A stretch of DNA of 64,000 nt from Azolla caroliniana (Eukaryota; Plantae; Polypodiophyta): assembly GCA_043228905.1 (NCBI GenBank), contig JBHGNT010000017.1, forward strand, positions 8,928,001 through 8,992,000, read 5' to 3'. Of the stretch, positions 48,130 to 59,828 are shown piece after piece. The notes under the pieces were generated by a model, which worked only from the letters and a program-made list of their open reading frames with translations, did not search any database and was not told the origin of the DNA. A program made the translations under genes and the position numbers. Within the stretch, counting starts at the first letter, position 1, and every line of letters begins with the position of its first letter.

Positions 48130-49090
48130 AAGTGGCTTGCCTCATGAGCTTACAAAAAGCTCGTTAATAGCTTCAACCTTCGATCTTAATGGAAGCACTT
48201 TTATAGTTTGATGGAGTTCTACCTCTCGTCATTGTCGTTGTCCTAGGATTCAAACTGGCGTATACCCTTTTGGTGGCAAATCGGGCCGAGGTAGTTTCAA
48301 GTACCTTCAAACTAGTAGCTTACATAGTGTTGTATGGTTAATATTAATTTCTTTCTTACCCACTCTTGCTTTACTCTCTCATACACTTACACAAAGAAGT
48401 TAAAATGGAAACAAAATCTTACTATCCCCACTCTTAGTATAAAAGGTTGAGCACCAACAAGAGAGAGAGGTTAACACTAGGTTTATAATTAGAGAGATTG
48501 AAGAGGAGCCTGAAAGCTTGACAAGAGTTGGTGTGGCTTTGGAGATATCGCTCTATAGATCAAAATATTGGAAGCTATAGTTGGTATTAATATCGCTCAA
48601 AACAAGTAAATTATACGTATATCTTCCTATTAAAAAATTGACTATTCTTTGACTTCCTTCTCATGGGAAACACGTGAGCTCTTTTGAACCCAGTCACTTT
48701 GCTCCCAAGTTCGAGCAGCTGATGGCCAAATCTTGTTGCATCCACACGTTGTTTAACACTCAACATTTCTAAGTTTTTATCCATTTGAAAGATTGTGCAC
48801 TATTGAGATTACATTATGGTATTGAAATATCTTATAAGGAAGACTTCCCCTTGAGAAGTGTATGGGATTATTTCATCTGATAAATGACCCACGTGCACTC
48901 CTTGATAAATTAATCTTGTCCCTTTGGCCATATTATAATGGAACCCTTTTGGAGGAAAGTAACTAATGGTAATAAACATTGCCTAGTCCTTCATGGTGAG
49001 GACTTTCATCCACATAAAATGGGCTTTTGTGTCTATTCGTAGTGTAGCTCTCTCCGAAATACTACAACTACTCCATCTGATCCTCTAGCA
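48130..49090 (-). pseudogene. Decayed LINE ORF2 APE-type endonuclease fragment
   Basis: Manual translation gives DGVVVVFR...FMWMKV...FITISYFPPKG...GEVFLIRYFN...FGHQLLELG...LTCFP...IVNFLIG, matching the order of the LINE endonuclease motifs GGVA / YxP / GDFN / TxF / DY. Confidence 0.65.
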
Positions 49091-49273
49091 GTTGATGTGA
49101 GGAGAGAGAGAGAGAGAGAAACTTTATTATCATCTTCAGAGGTCAAATATGACCTATGAGACCAAAAATATTACATTTCATGTGTACATATGACTCTTGA
49201 TGTTTAAGAACTTTACAAGTGAATGTTGTGAGAGAAATTCTTGCAAGTATTGGGCTTGGTCAAAGTTGGAAGG

Positions 49274-49980
49274 TGTTACAATAGAAAAAAATGTGGGAAA
49301 AAAACAGGAACTCGGCCACAACCAAGTCAAATGCGGAATAGGGAATAACAAGCAAAACAAAGAGAAATAAGAAAAATATATGTGCACAAGATATATTGTG
49401 GAAAACCCCAAAATAGGGTAAAAACCATGGGTCCCCACAGACACCAAATAGATCACTATAACAGAGATATACAACGAAACAGACACACGGGCAACGACTT
49501 GATTTTGTTTACATCGCCGATTGCCAGTTACAGTAGAGGCACTCTTAGTGTCTCTCTCACTCTCACACGCTTTGTCTGTTCTGACTATGGAAGCAACGAC
49601 CTCACACACGATGTACTCAGGTTACACAGACAACTTACTCACACTCTCAGTGTACAAACACTAGGTTTTTCCCTAGTTATCTTTATACTTAGATAACCTT
49701 CGGGCTATTTACATAACTAGCCTAAGTAGGCTCAACTCAAACCTATTTACATTTTCCTTTGTCCTGAATTTGGCCCATCCGGAAGGGATCTAATTCTCAA
49801 CAAACTCCCCCTTCACTTCAGATGGGGCTTCACTACTCCGACCCGACTCCAACATGCTTCTAGCCTTTCTTCAAAAAGCACCTTTGTCAGCATGTTGGAT
49901 GCGTTATCTAATGTGTGGATCTTCATCAGAGCAAACTCCCCTTCTTCTATTCATTCTCGTAGCCAATGATATTGCCTTTG
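49274..49980 (-). mobile_element. Ty1/copia C5 3' end (RNase H end, PPT, 3' LTR 49274-49802), cut by G7
   Basis: QYHWLRE*IEEGEFALMKIHTLDNASNMLTKV, PPT GAAGGGGGAG, LTR TGTT...AACA. Confidence 0.78.
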
Positions 49981-50632
49981 TGTTGGCCCTAGAGTATATT
50001 CCAGAGGAATAATCTGAACGAGAATGAGTCGACAAGGAGGAGTATAATTATTATTATTAGTTAATAATAATAATAGGAACAGGCGGATAAGGATAGTTGT
50101 ACCAATTTGAATCTGACTGATTGATTGCTAGTAGCAGGTAAGGTGTCGTTCTGTAAGCTATACCGGACACCTATAAAAGGATTCAGAATCGATGTAAAAG
50201 TTAATTGACGTAATACAAGATTAACCTTTGTTCTTAATTCTATTGTGTCTTGGTGTACTTCTCGTTCTACACTGAAATTGTTGATCTTACACGTGTTATA
50301 TGAAATCAGTTGTGTATTAACAATCCGCAGACTATCTAGAATTAGTCGGATCAAAATCGGAATTGGATAGGCACCGGATGACATTCATACCCTAACCATC
50401 CATTTGGAGAAGTGTTTCAGAAGGACACCTTGTGTTGTTGGCTAAGTCTAGCCCAGGATAAACATAGTTTTGGCACCACGATTCCTGCATTGAGCAGTGA
50501 ACAACGGGGAATGGATGTCTAGGCAGACGCACGACCTGGTGGACGAGTGAGCGAGAATATTAGCCGAACGATTGTGGAGGTGGGAAGAGTACTAGCAAGT
50601 GGATGAAGAAATCCGACATTGTTGATCGTTTC
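49981..50632 (+). mobile_element. Ty3/gypsy G7 (G3 lineage): 5' LTR 49981-50464, PBS and leader
   Basis: The LTR 3' end and the leader TTTTGGCACCACGATTCCTGCA... align with 10100-10340. Confidence 0.8.
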
Positions 50633-53600
50633 TGTAAAAGAATATGTGTGTAGAAGCGTATGCGTAAGATACTAAGTACACGGTTCGTGTTCTTTGTACA
50701 TATTTCGTGCTCAATGAGCATCTTTTATACAAGCCCCGATTATTGGGCTGACACAAGTACTGATAGTACTTGACCGCTCATAAATGAGCCTTCTACACTA
50801 ACTCCCAAAACTATTCCTTACGAGGAATAACGTTCCAATGGCCTTTCGGTTTAAACACCGCCACAACCATATTTTGCGTACGGTTTTACGCACTTAGTCT
50901 ACGTATTGGGTTACGCACCCGTTTACGCACCCAATGTTGAGCTTGTCTCTCAACACTCCCCTTCAAGCTCAACTTGAGGTTCCATATGCTTTTCCGGATC
51001 TTCGCTCCGGCTTCTCTTGGCTTTGAGCCTTCTAATTCCGCGCGCTTCGACCATTCCAGTCAGCTTGTCTGCCCATGTGGCCTTTTTCAACTCCCTTGTT
51101 GTCGCGGTGTTGGCACCTCCTTCGCTGCCCTTTCCTCCGCTCTACCCTTAGTTGATTCGGCATGTTTAAATCGAACATTTTGATTAAATCAGTCACTTCC
51201 GATTCAATTCCACTTTCGTCCAAATTGGTTGTTTCCAATTCGTCTTTTGTCTTTAGGCCCTTGACAACATCAAACCATGTCTTGGTCTTGGCCTTTACGC
51301 CCTTCTTGGCTATATTTCCCTTTTGTTTGGCTGTCTTCGGATCTTCCTTTCTATTACCGCTCCTATTTTATTCTTTGGCTTCTTCAGCCGGCCCGAAATC
51401 AAATTCTTCATCCGATTCGGCATCGCGGTCATTACCGCTCCTTTCACGTTCCTGTTTTTTTCTCCCCCTCAAGTTCGGCGTGTCGAGGTGACGCAAGCCC
51501 AGCTCACCCGAGAAATGTCGCAACTTGTCGAGACCAAGGGGCTTGATGAAGGTGTCGGCAACTTGCTGACCTGTCGTAACAAATGCCAGTTCGACTTCAC
51601 CAGAAAGGACATGCTCGTGGACAAAATGATAGTGCACCTCAATGTGCTTGGTCCGGGCATGGAATACAGAGTTTTTTGCAAGCTGAATACTACTGAGGTT
51701 GTCATAGTAGATCGTCGTTGGATTGGACACCTCTACGTGCAGATCCCGCGATAGCCGTTTCAACCAAATGACTTCCCACGTAACTATAGTCTCCCCTCGA
51801 TATTCGGCCTCTGGGCTCGACAATGCTAATGTCGGCTGCTTCTTACTGCTCCATGCAATCACCACACTTCCCAATGAGAATGCATATCTGGATGTGGATC
51901 TACGATCGTGGACATTTCCGGCCCAATCGGCATCCGTGTAGCCGACTAACTGCTCGTCTACGTTTGCATGATACAACAACACCATGTCTTTTGTGCCACT
52001 GACATATCGTAATATCCTTTGTGTGCAGTGAAAATGTTCAGTCGTGGGCTCTGACATAAATTGCTTGATCATTCCCACAGGATAGCTAAGCTAAGGTTCG
52101 GCTGAGTGATCGTCAAGTAGATGAGGCTTCCGACAATTGGTCGGAACTGGGCCGGGTAACACACCTTTCTCGAATCTCGGCAAAGCTTTACGTTTCTATC
52201 AAGAGGGGACGAGATGGGCTTACTATCTACCATCCCGAACTTGAAGACCATATTTAACATGTAATGACGTTGTCTAATCAATATGCCTTCATGGGAACGG
52301 ATCGCTTTGATCCCAAGGAAGTAATGAAGGTCGCCAAGATCCTTAATTTCGAACGATGTCCATTTCTTCCAGGTTAGCATCGGCGATGACTAAATCATCA
52401 ACATAAAGTAAAAGCCAAGTTGGTCCATGTCGACCCCATTCTACTCAACCATTGCGTAATCTTCGCATTCCAAGCTCGCGAGGCTTGCTTAAGGCCGTAT
52501 AACGCCTTCTTTAATCAGCAGACTACCGAAGTGTTCTGTTCGGATAGAAATCCGGGGGGTTGTACCATGTACACATGTTCCTCAAGATCACCTTGCAGGA
52601 ACGCATTCTTTACATTCATCTGATGTAGATGCCACCCCTTTGCCGCAGTTATGACTAGGAGAACTCACACGGTAGTCATCTTCGCAACTGGGGCGAAGGT
52701 CTCGTCGTAATCGACACCATGCTTCTGTGCGTAGCCTTTCGCAATGAAACGGGCCTTATATCGGTTGACCGAGCCATCGGTGTTGTATTTCATCCTAAAC
52801 ACCCATTTTTATTCGATCGGCTTAACACTTTTAGGTGCGTCAACCAAGTCCCAAGTCTCGTTGTCCGATAATACGCGCATCTCTTCCTCCATCGCGGCAT
52901 GCCAGTTTGCGTCTTCCGCCACTTCTGCGTAACTCTTCGGCTCACGCATTTCCGCCACTTGTGTCATGTACGCGTAATGGTGCACCATGTATTTATTGTA
53001 CCCGTACTTCTTTACGAGGTTCTTCAGGCGGGTAGATCAATGTAATTCGTGATGACCCAATTTCACGACCTTTTCAGTTGATTTCGACCTCTTCCACAGA
53101 AATTCCATCTTGATTGGCCCGAAGTCAGATTCACTCCGATTTGACTTGGCACTGTCGAAATCCTATTCCAACATTTTCTTCTTCCCTCTTTCTTTATGCG
53201 TAAACTGTCTCCTGGGTTCTTTACGCAGGGACAACACGGCCGAGTCTCCACTACTCACCGACTATTCATTTGGTTGGCCATCTCGGCCCAAGTCCCGATA
53301 CAACCTGCTTAGCCGAAATGAGATCGGACTCTCTGTCAGAGCTCTGATTTCCTCATCACGCGGAGGCAACTCGGCCTTGGTGATCTCTTATTCAAAATTC
53401 GGAATGGAGTCTTGAGGTGTTGGAGGTGAAGGAAAGTACCACGAAGCAGACTCATCGAACACGCCATCTCAGCTTACGCGAACTTCCTTTGTTCGAGGTT
53501 TATAGCACTTATACCCCTTATGCTTGTCTGAATAGCCGATCAAGATACAGTTTTCGGCTTTGGCGTCTAGCTTCCTCCGTTTCTCCTTCGGCACATGCAC

Positions 53601-55223
53601 ATACATAATGCTACCGAAAATCCTCAAGTTTTCTAAGTTCGGCTTCTTGCCGTAATACAACTCATGTGGCGACAATCCTCCATTAGCAGAAGTTAGATTC
53701 TATAAATAAATAGCCGTCCTTACAGTTTCAGTCCAGTAAAACATTGGCATATGCTTCTCTTCAAGCATTGCCCTGGCGACTTCTTCGATTGTCCGATTCT
53801 TCCGCTCAGCTACACCTTCTACTCCGGCGTATATCAACACAAGAATTCGTGTCAAATTCCTTCCTTCTGTAGGTAACTCGTGAACTGGACGGAGAAATAT
53901 TCCTTCCTGCCATCCGACCGTAGGCACTTGAACTTATGTCCTGTTTTCCTTTCTGCAAAGTTTTTCACCTTCAGGAACCACGTGAAGGCTTCACTCTTTT
54001 TTACGATCAAGCATGCCCAGGTATGCTGAGTGAAGTCATCGATGAAGGTTACGAAGTAACGGCTTCTACCGAGACTCATGTTCTGTTCCAATCCCCACAT
54101 ATCCAAATGGATCAAATCCAATGGATTTCGACTTCGATTACGCTCATTGGGGAATGGAAGTCGGTGCTGCTTCCCGAGTGGCAGGCTATGCAAACTTGGC
54201 TATAATGGCCCTGAAATTTTGGCAAGCCGAAAACAATGTTCTTCGTCTGCATTTCATGAAGTCGTGGGAAGTTAATGTGGCCAAACCGCTTGTGCCACAG
54301 GTCGATGTCCAACTCGACCTTCTATCCTTTGGCGAACAACACGGTTCCGGCTTGATTGGTGTCGAGGATAAACATCCTCCCTTCACGACGCCCTTGTGCG
54401 ATAACTTGGCCTTCCTCTTCAATGTAGCACTCGAGGTTTCATGAATCGAACTTGCATCCCCTGGTCGACGATCTGACCGACCAACACCAGGTTGTTGGTT
54501 ATTGTCGGAACGTGCAACACGTTCATAAGTTTCCCTTTCTGCCCGACGTGGCTGAGAGAAACTTCATTGACCTCTCCTTGTTTTTCCGGTTTCTCCAAGT
54601 ACGAGAACCATTCCTCATGACTCATCATTTGACTTGACGCTCCGGAATCAACATACCACACCTTGCTCAATTTCGAGGTGTTCACGACCATCGAATTGGC
54701 CTTGTGCTTCATTACAAAGGCTGGGCCCGATCCATTTCCGGCTCATTCAGAGCCTTCGGCGTAGTGTGATTTCTGACACCTTCCGCTCAATTTGGCTTTG
54801 TCCGAATTGGCTCTCTTCTTCCAGCACTCGCTCTCCCTATGGCCTTCCTTGTTACAGTACCAACATTCCGGCTTCCGGCCCCGCTATGACTCCCCTCCCT
54901 TCCAGAGGGTTTGAAATTGCTTCCGGCATTTCGATTATGCCACACGTTTTACTCTTTTCAGCCGTCTCCATGGTGTGCCCATCCGGCTCGTCCACCACGA
55001 TCACGGGGCCTTCCTTCCTCTGGGTACAACATCCTGTCATCGAAGTGCATACTCGTCGATGCACCCGCGTGATTTTCGTCCACTAGCAACATTGACGGAA
55101 GTTCGAAGAATGAACGCGTAATCTCCCTTGTGTAGACCATCGTCTGGAATGCTCCAAACTTAGATGCTAACCCACCAAGACACACTTGCACCATTTTGTC
55201 CTCCTCGATGTTCACGTTGACGG
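50633..55223 (-). mobile_element. Ty1/copia C6 (C1 family): 3' LTR 50633-50955, RH, RT, IN, PR and partial gag
   Basis: PPT at 50956, YTDADWAG and HARTKHIEVHYHF (51368..52078), LIHLDMWG (IN), WYVDSGAS (PR). Gag is cut by the G8 LTR at 55224. Confidence 0.92.
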
Positions 55224-55228
55224 TGTCA

Positions 55229-55299
55229 TGATATGGCAAGACTCGAACCCATGACCTTAGGCTACATGGGTCGAGCTCTTACCATTAGACTATGAATTG
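55229..55299 (-). other. tRNA-like Pol III A/B-box cassette at the start of the G8 LTR
   Basis: Minus strand TAGTCTAATGGTAAGAG...AGGTCATGGGTTCGAGTC; canonical spacing and an AGGTC variable loop. Confidence 0.7.
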
Positions 55300-55893
55300 T
55301 AATTTGTAGGATATTATTTTCATTTATGCTTTATCATAGAAAATTGATGTATATTCCAGATCTCTCTGGAACATTCTAGAAGCTTCAGGATTATTCCTAA
55401 AAACACTATAAAAGGAGGCACAAGGCATTGTGTTGAACAAAATTGGTTCAACACCAGTCTTAAGCCTCTTAGCCGATTTGTACTTATCTTTCATATAATA
55501 TAAGAGCTGTTGTCATCATCCTATCTCTCTCTCTCCTCTTCTCACTTCCTCTCTCTCGGGAATCTTACGCAGTCCCGTCCTCTTAGTACTAATAGTACTA
55601 CTCTTCTTAGTACTAATTCCATCTCTGCTTTAGTACTATTCCTAACAGTTTGAACCAAATTTCCCTCTTTCCTCCAGCCTACTTGTCGTTCTCCCTCATC
55701 CTCCTACCCTTTTCCCTCTACTATGGCTACTGTTAGCGCCCAATAATATCAATCCATTTTCTCCGAGTTACAGTGCCTAAAAGAAAAGTTTGTTGCCCTG
55801 GAACAAGAAAACCAACGGCTGATAGGGGATCTGCAACAAATCGCTCTAGAAAAGCAACAAACGCAGCAACAGCATGGGGAGTTAGCGTTACGG

Positions 55894-56760
55894 GTGCAAC
55901 AACTCGAAGCGGCATTGCAACAGCAAGGATCAAGTCCCCAAGGATTTCATAAAGAGCCGAAGATTGGACTTCCTGTGAAATTTGATGGATTGCGATCGCA
56001 ATTCAGGGGATTCCTTAATCAGGTACGATTAGTCCTCCAAATGCATCCTTCTCGATACCCCACTGATGCATCCCGAGTCGGCTTAATAGGCACGTTGCTT
56101 AGCGGCTCAGCCTTAGCATGGTTCGCTCCGCTTCTAGAAAAACAATCGCCCTTGCTTAATAACTTTGAAGATTTTATTAGTGAGTTCAAAGCCTGCTTTG
56201 GAGACACCGACAGCATCAGGACGGCGATCAACAAGATCCGACGATTGCGTCAAGGTGATCGTCCAGCCTCTGCCTACGCGGCGGATTTCCGCCTACTCGC
56301 TTCCGACATACCCTGGGATGATCAAGCACTAATGGAGCAGTTTCGCTATGGCCTGCGAAATGATGTCAAAGATCTACTTCTAACCTTCCCTGAAGAACCA
56401 AAGTCTCTTACGGTGGCAATCAGTCGAGCGGTCCGATGTGACAACCGCCTCTTCGAACGGCGTTTGGAACGTCAATTACAGATACCACGTGCTAGGCCGG
56501 AGCCCACTTACGCCGCAGTCGCGGCTAGACCGTTTGCACGAGACATACCTCAAGCAAATACTTCGACACCGATGGAGATCGATACCATGCGTCGACGCGG
56601 CCCGTTATCGGAAGAAGAAAAGCAACGACGACGTGCAAATCGATTATGTCTTTATTGCGGTGGACCAGGGCATATCGCAATCAATTGTCCCCATAGGCCA
56701 AGAAGACAGGTAAATCAAATTGTAGCCTGTACTAAAAACCCGAGTCAATTCTTCCCTTAG
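55894..56760 (+). CDS. gag: Gag of G8 (retrotransposon capsid plus CCHC knuckle); N-terminus from ~55723 is disrupted
   Basis: PVKFDG...LSGSALAW...LRQGDRPASAYAADF...FRYGL...PMEID...CLYCGGPGHIAINC. Confidence 0.88.
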   Translation: MQQLEAALQQQGSSPQGFHKEPKIGLPVKFDGLRSQFRGFLNQVRLVLQMHPSRYPTDASRVGLIGTLLSGSALAWFAPLLEKQSPLLNNFEDFISEFKACFGDTDSIRTAINKIRRLRQGDRPASAYAADFRLLASDIPWDDQALMEQFRYGLRNDVKDLLLTFPEEPKSLTVAISRAVRCDNRLFERRLERQLQIPRARPEPTYAAVAARPFARDIPQANTSTPMEIDTMRRRGPLSEEEKQRRRANRLCLYCGGPGHIAINCPHRPRRQVNQIVACTKNPSQFFP

Positions 56761-56878
56761 GAGTGTCTGATAGTATTAATAGTACTAATAGAGTGTTTGA
56801 TAGTATTCATAGTACCAATAGCCCAAGTATCTCAAATAAATTTGAAATCCTTAGTCAATTAGATGAAGAGTTAAACGA

Positions 56879-59828
56879 TTGAGTCCAGCCAAAATAGGAG
56901 CCGTTTGGTTGGACAACAACCCTAGATCTGTACAGCCCATTAGTGGTTCCATTCCTTCCAAGCAAGTTAGCAATGTGTTCCTAGCCCAAGTCATTGTTAG
57001 TACTAAAAGTACTCCCCCAGTACCCGTCCTAGCACTTTTAGATTCCGGAGCTAATTCTTGTTTCATGGATCGAAATTTTGCCCAAGATTCTCAGATATCC
57101 TTAAGAAAACTTCCTTGTCCCGCATCTGTAGTAGTCATTGATGGTTGTCCCATTGCTTCCGGGAATATTGTAGAAGAATCAGAACCCATTCAAGTTGTCC
57201 TAGGTAGTTTTGTGTGTGTAATATCATTTAATATAATTAGTAGTCCAGAGCATCCCATTGTCCTAGGATTACCTTGGTTTGAATTACATAATCCAGCCAT
57301 AGATTGGAGAACAGGAAAAGTCCGATATCGACCACCCCAAGAATCAACTCACCAAGTTTCGACCATTTCACTCCATCAACTACGCGAAGAAGGACCCAAG
57401 GAGGCAATGTTCCTATTTGCAATATCAGTACACCCTTCCAGCACTATTAAGAAGGACTCCTCAGTACAACTTCCAACAAAATATCATCCTTATGCCGATG
57501 TATTTGAAAAGGTAAAAGCCGGTACCCTTCCTCATCACCGTCCCTATGACTGTCCCATCGATTTACAACCAGGAACCGAGCCACCATGGGGACCAATTTA
57601 CAACTTGTCACCCACCGAGTTAGAAGTCCTTCGAGCCTACATAGAGGAGAACTTGGCAAGCGGGTTCATCCGCCATTCGAAATCTCCGGCCTGTGCACCC
57701 ATCTTCTTTGTCAAGAAGAAAGATGGCTCACTTCGTCTTGTCGTTGATTACCGCGGATTGAATAAAGTCACCATCCGGAATAGGTATGCACTTCCTCTTA
57801 TATCAAGTCTTTTAGAGTGAGTTAATGGTGCCAAGTTTTTTACTAAAATCGACCTATGAGGAGCGCATAACCTCGTGCGGATCCGACCGGGAGATGAGTG
57901 GAAGACCGCCTTTCGCACACGGTATGGGCATTTCGAGTATACTGTTATGCCGTTTGGCCTAACCAATGCACCCACAGTCTTCCTACACATGGCAAATGAT
58001 ATATTCAGAGACCTCTTGGATATCTGTTTGATCATTTATCTGGATGATCTATTGATTTATTTGAAGACCCAGGAAGAGCACGATTCTCATGTACTATTAG
58101 TACTAAAGCGACTCCGCGAGAATGGTCTTTATGCCAAGCTAGAAAAATGTAGCTTTGACTGCAAGCAAGTGGAATTTCTAGGCTACGTCATCTCCTCAAA
58201 GGGCATCGCCATGGATCCAGCTAAAATCCAAACTGTACTAGAGTGGCAAATTCCACGGTCGGTACGAGATGTACAATGTTTTCTAGGTTTTGCTACCTTC
58301 TACCGTAAGTTTATACAGGATTACTCGAAGATTATTTTACCTCTCACACAACTTACGAAGAAGGGCCAAGCATTTCTTTGGTCCATAGAAGCAGATATGG
58401 CTTTTCGGCATCTTAAGAAAGCCTTTACATCAGCACCGATTCTAGGTCATGTGGATACAAGCAAACCATTCATCATGGAGGCCGACGCATCAGATTTCGC
58501 CCTCGGTAGCATCCTTTCTCAACAAGGCGATAAAGAAGATTTGCATCCGGTGGCTTTCCATTCGCGCAAATTTGATGTCGCAGAAATCAACTACGAAATA
58601 CATGACAAGGAGTTATTAGCCATCGTGGATTCATTTGTACAATGGCGGCATTTCTTAGAGGGCTCTCCACATCAGGTCATTGTCTTTAGTGATCATAAAA
58701 ATCTTGCTTATTTTCAGAACGCTCGCGTACTAAATCGACGGCAAGCTCGGTGGGCACAATTCCTCACGCGTTTCGACTTCAAAATCACATATCGACTGGG
58801 GAAGCAGCAAGGAAAAGCAGATGCACTATCACGGAGTTCATATCTTGCACCTCGTCTTGGTGACGCAACATTTGATAATCAAAAGCAAGTAATCTTGGGA
58901 CCAACACGATTGCACACGACGCGGATTTTTCACACCCCGATGGATTCACGGATTACCGATGACATACGTGCAACCTTGAAGACGGATAGATTTGCTCAAG
59001 ACATCCTGGCGCACATTGATACTTCTTGGGCATCCTGTTCTCAGTCTCAACAACCAGGTATTGACTACCGACAATTCGAATATCATGATGGTTTGTTATT
59101 CTTTAAAAAGCGCGTATATGTCCCCGATTGCTCCTGTCGCCTTCTAATCGTCCAACATTGTCACGACACCCATACGGCGGGACATTTCGGTAGTACTAAG
59201 ACGTTGGAGCTAGTGCAGCGATCTTTTTGGTGGCCCCACATGCGCCATTTTGTTGACGACTACGTTTGGACCTGTGATGCTTGCTGCCGAGCAAAGATGC
59301 CACAACACCATCCATATGGCTTGCTGGAACCCTTACCGATTCCAAGTAAGCCATGGCAGTCTATTTGTCTTGATTTTATCACAGATCTGCCGGTCTCGAA
59401 GGGGTTCGATGCTATCCTAACCGTCGTCGATCGATATACGAAGATGGCACATTTTGTGCCATGTACTAAAGCCATCACTAGCGAGGAAACCGCCGCTCTT
59501 GTTATGCGTGAGGTATTTCGGCATCATGGCCTCCCAGACAGTATTATCAGTGACCGAGGCCCGCAATTTGTCTCCAAATTTTGGCAGCATCTCTTCAAGA
59601 TGCTCAAGGTCTCCTGCAACCTCTCCTCCGGCTACCATCCTCAAACCAACGGGCAGGCGGAACGAACAAACCAAACGCTGGAGCAATATCTCCGGTGTTT
59701 CCAGAGTTATCAACAGGACGATTGGGCCGAGATTCTCCACTTTGCGGAGGTTGCGTATAATAATGCTATTCACTCCTCGACTCGGGTCTCCCCATTTTTC
59801 GCTTATACCGGTTTCCATCCTCGCTGGT
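56879..59828 (+). pseudogene. pol: Pol of G8 (PR-RT-RH-IN) with two TGA stops near 57818-57860
   Basis: [37 protein letters not shown]...CDAC, SDRGPQF, HPQTNGQAER. Confidence 0.93.

Larger units (their letters stand above)
55224..59828 (+). mobile_element. Chromovirus-type (Tf1/Tcn1-like) Ty3/gypsy G8; well preserved, 3'-truncated in the integrase
   Basis: LTR 55224-55647, TATA 55407-55413, non-tRNA PBS, gag 55894..56760, pol 56879..59828. Confidence 0.9.

Noticed and set aside
55229-55299. Functional tRNA genes at the A/B-box cassettes (also 14367-14437)
   Set aside because: The acceptor, anticodon and T stems do not pair properly, so they are reported only as tRNA-like modules.
56761-56821. 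30-bp duplication and possible slippery site at the G8 gag-pol junction
   Set aside because: The local frames are disturbed, and one copy cannot distinguish programmed recoding from decay.
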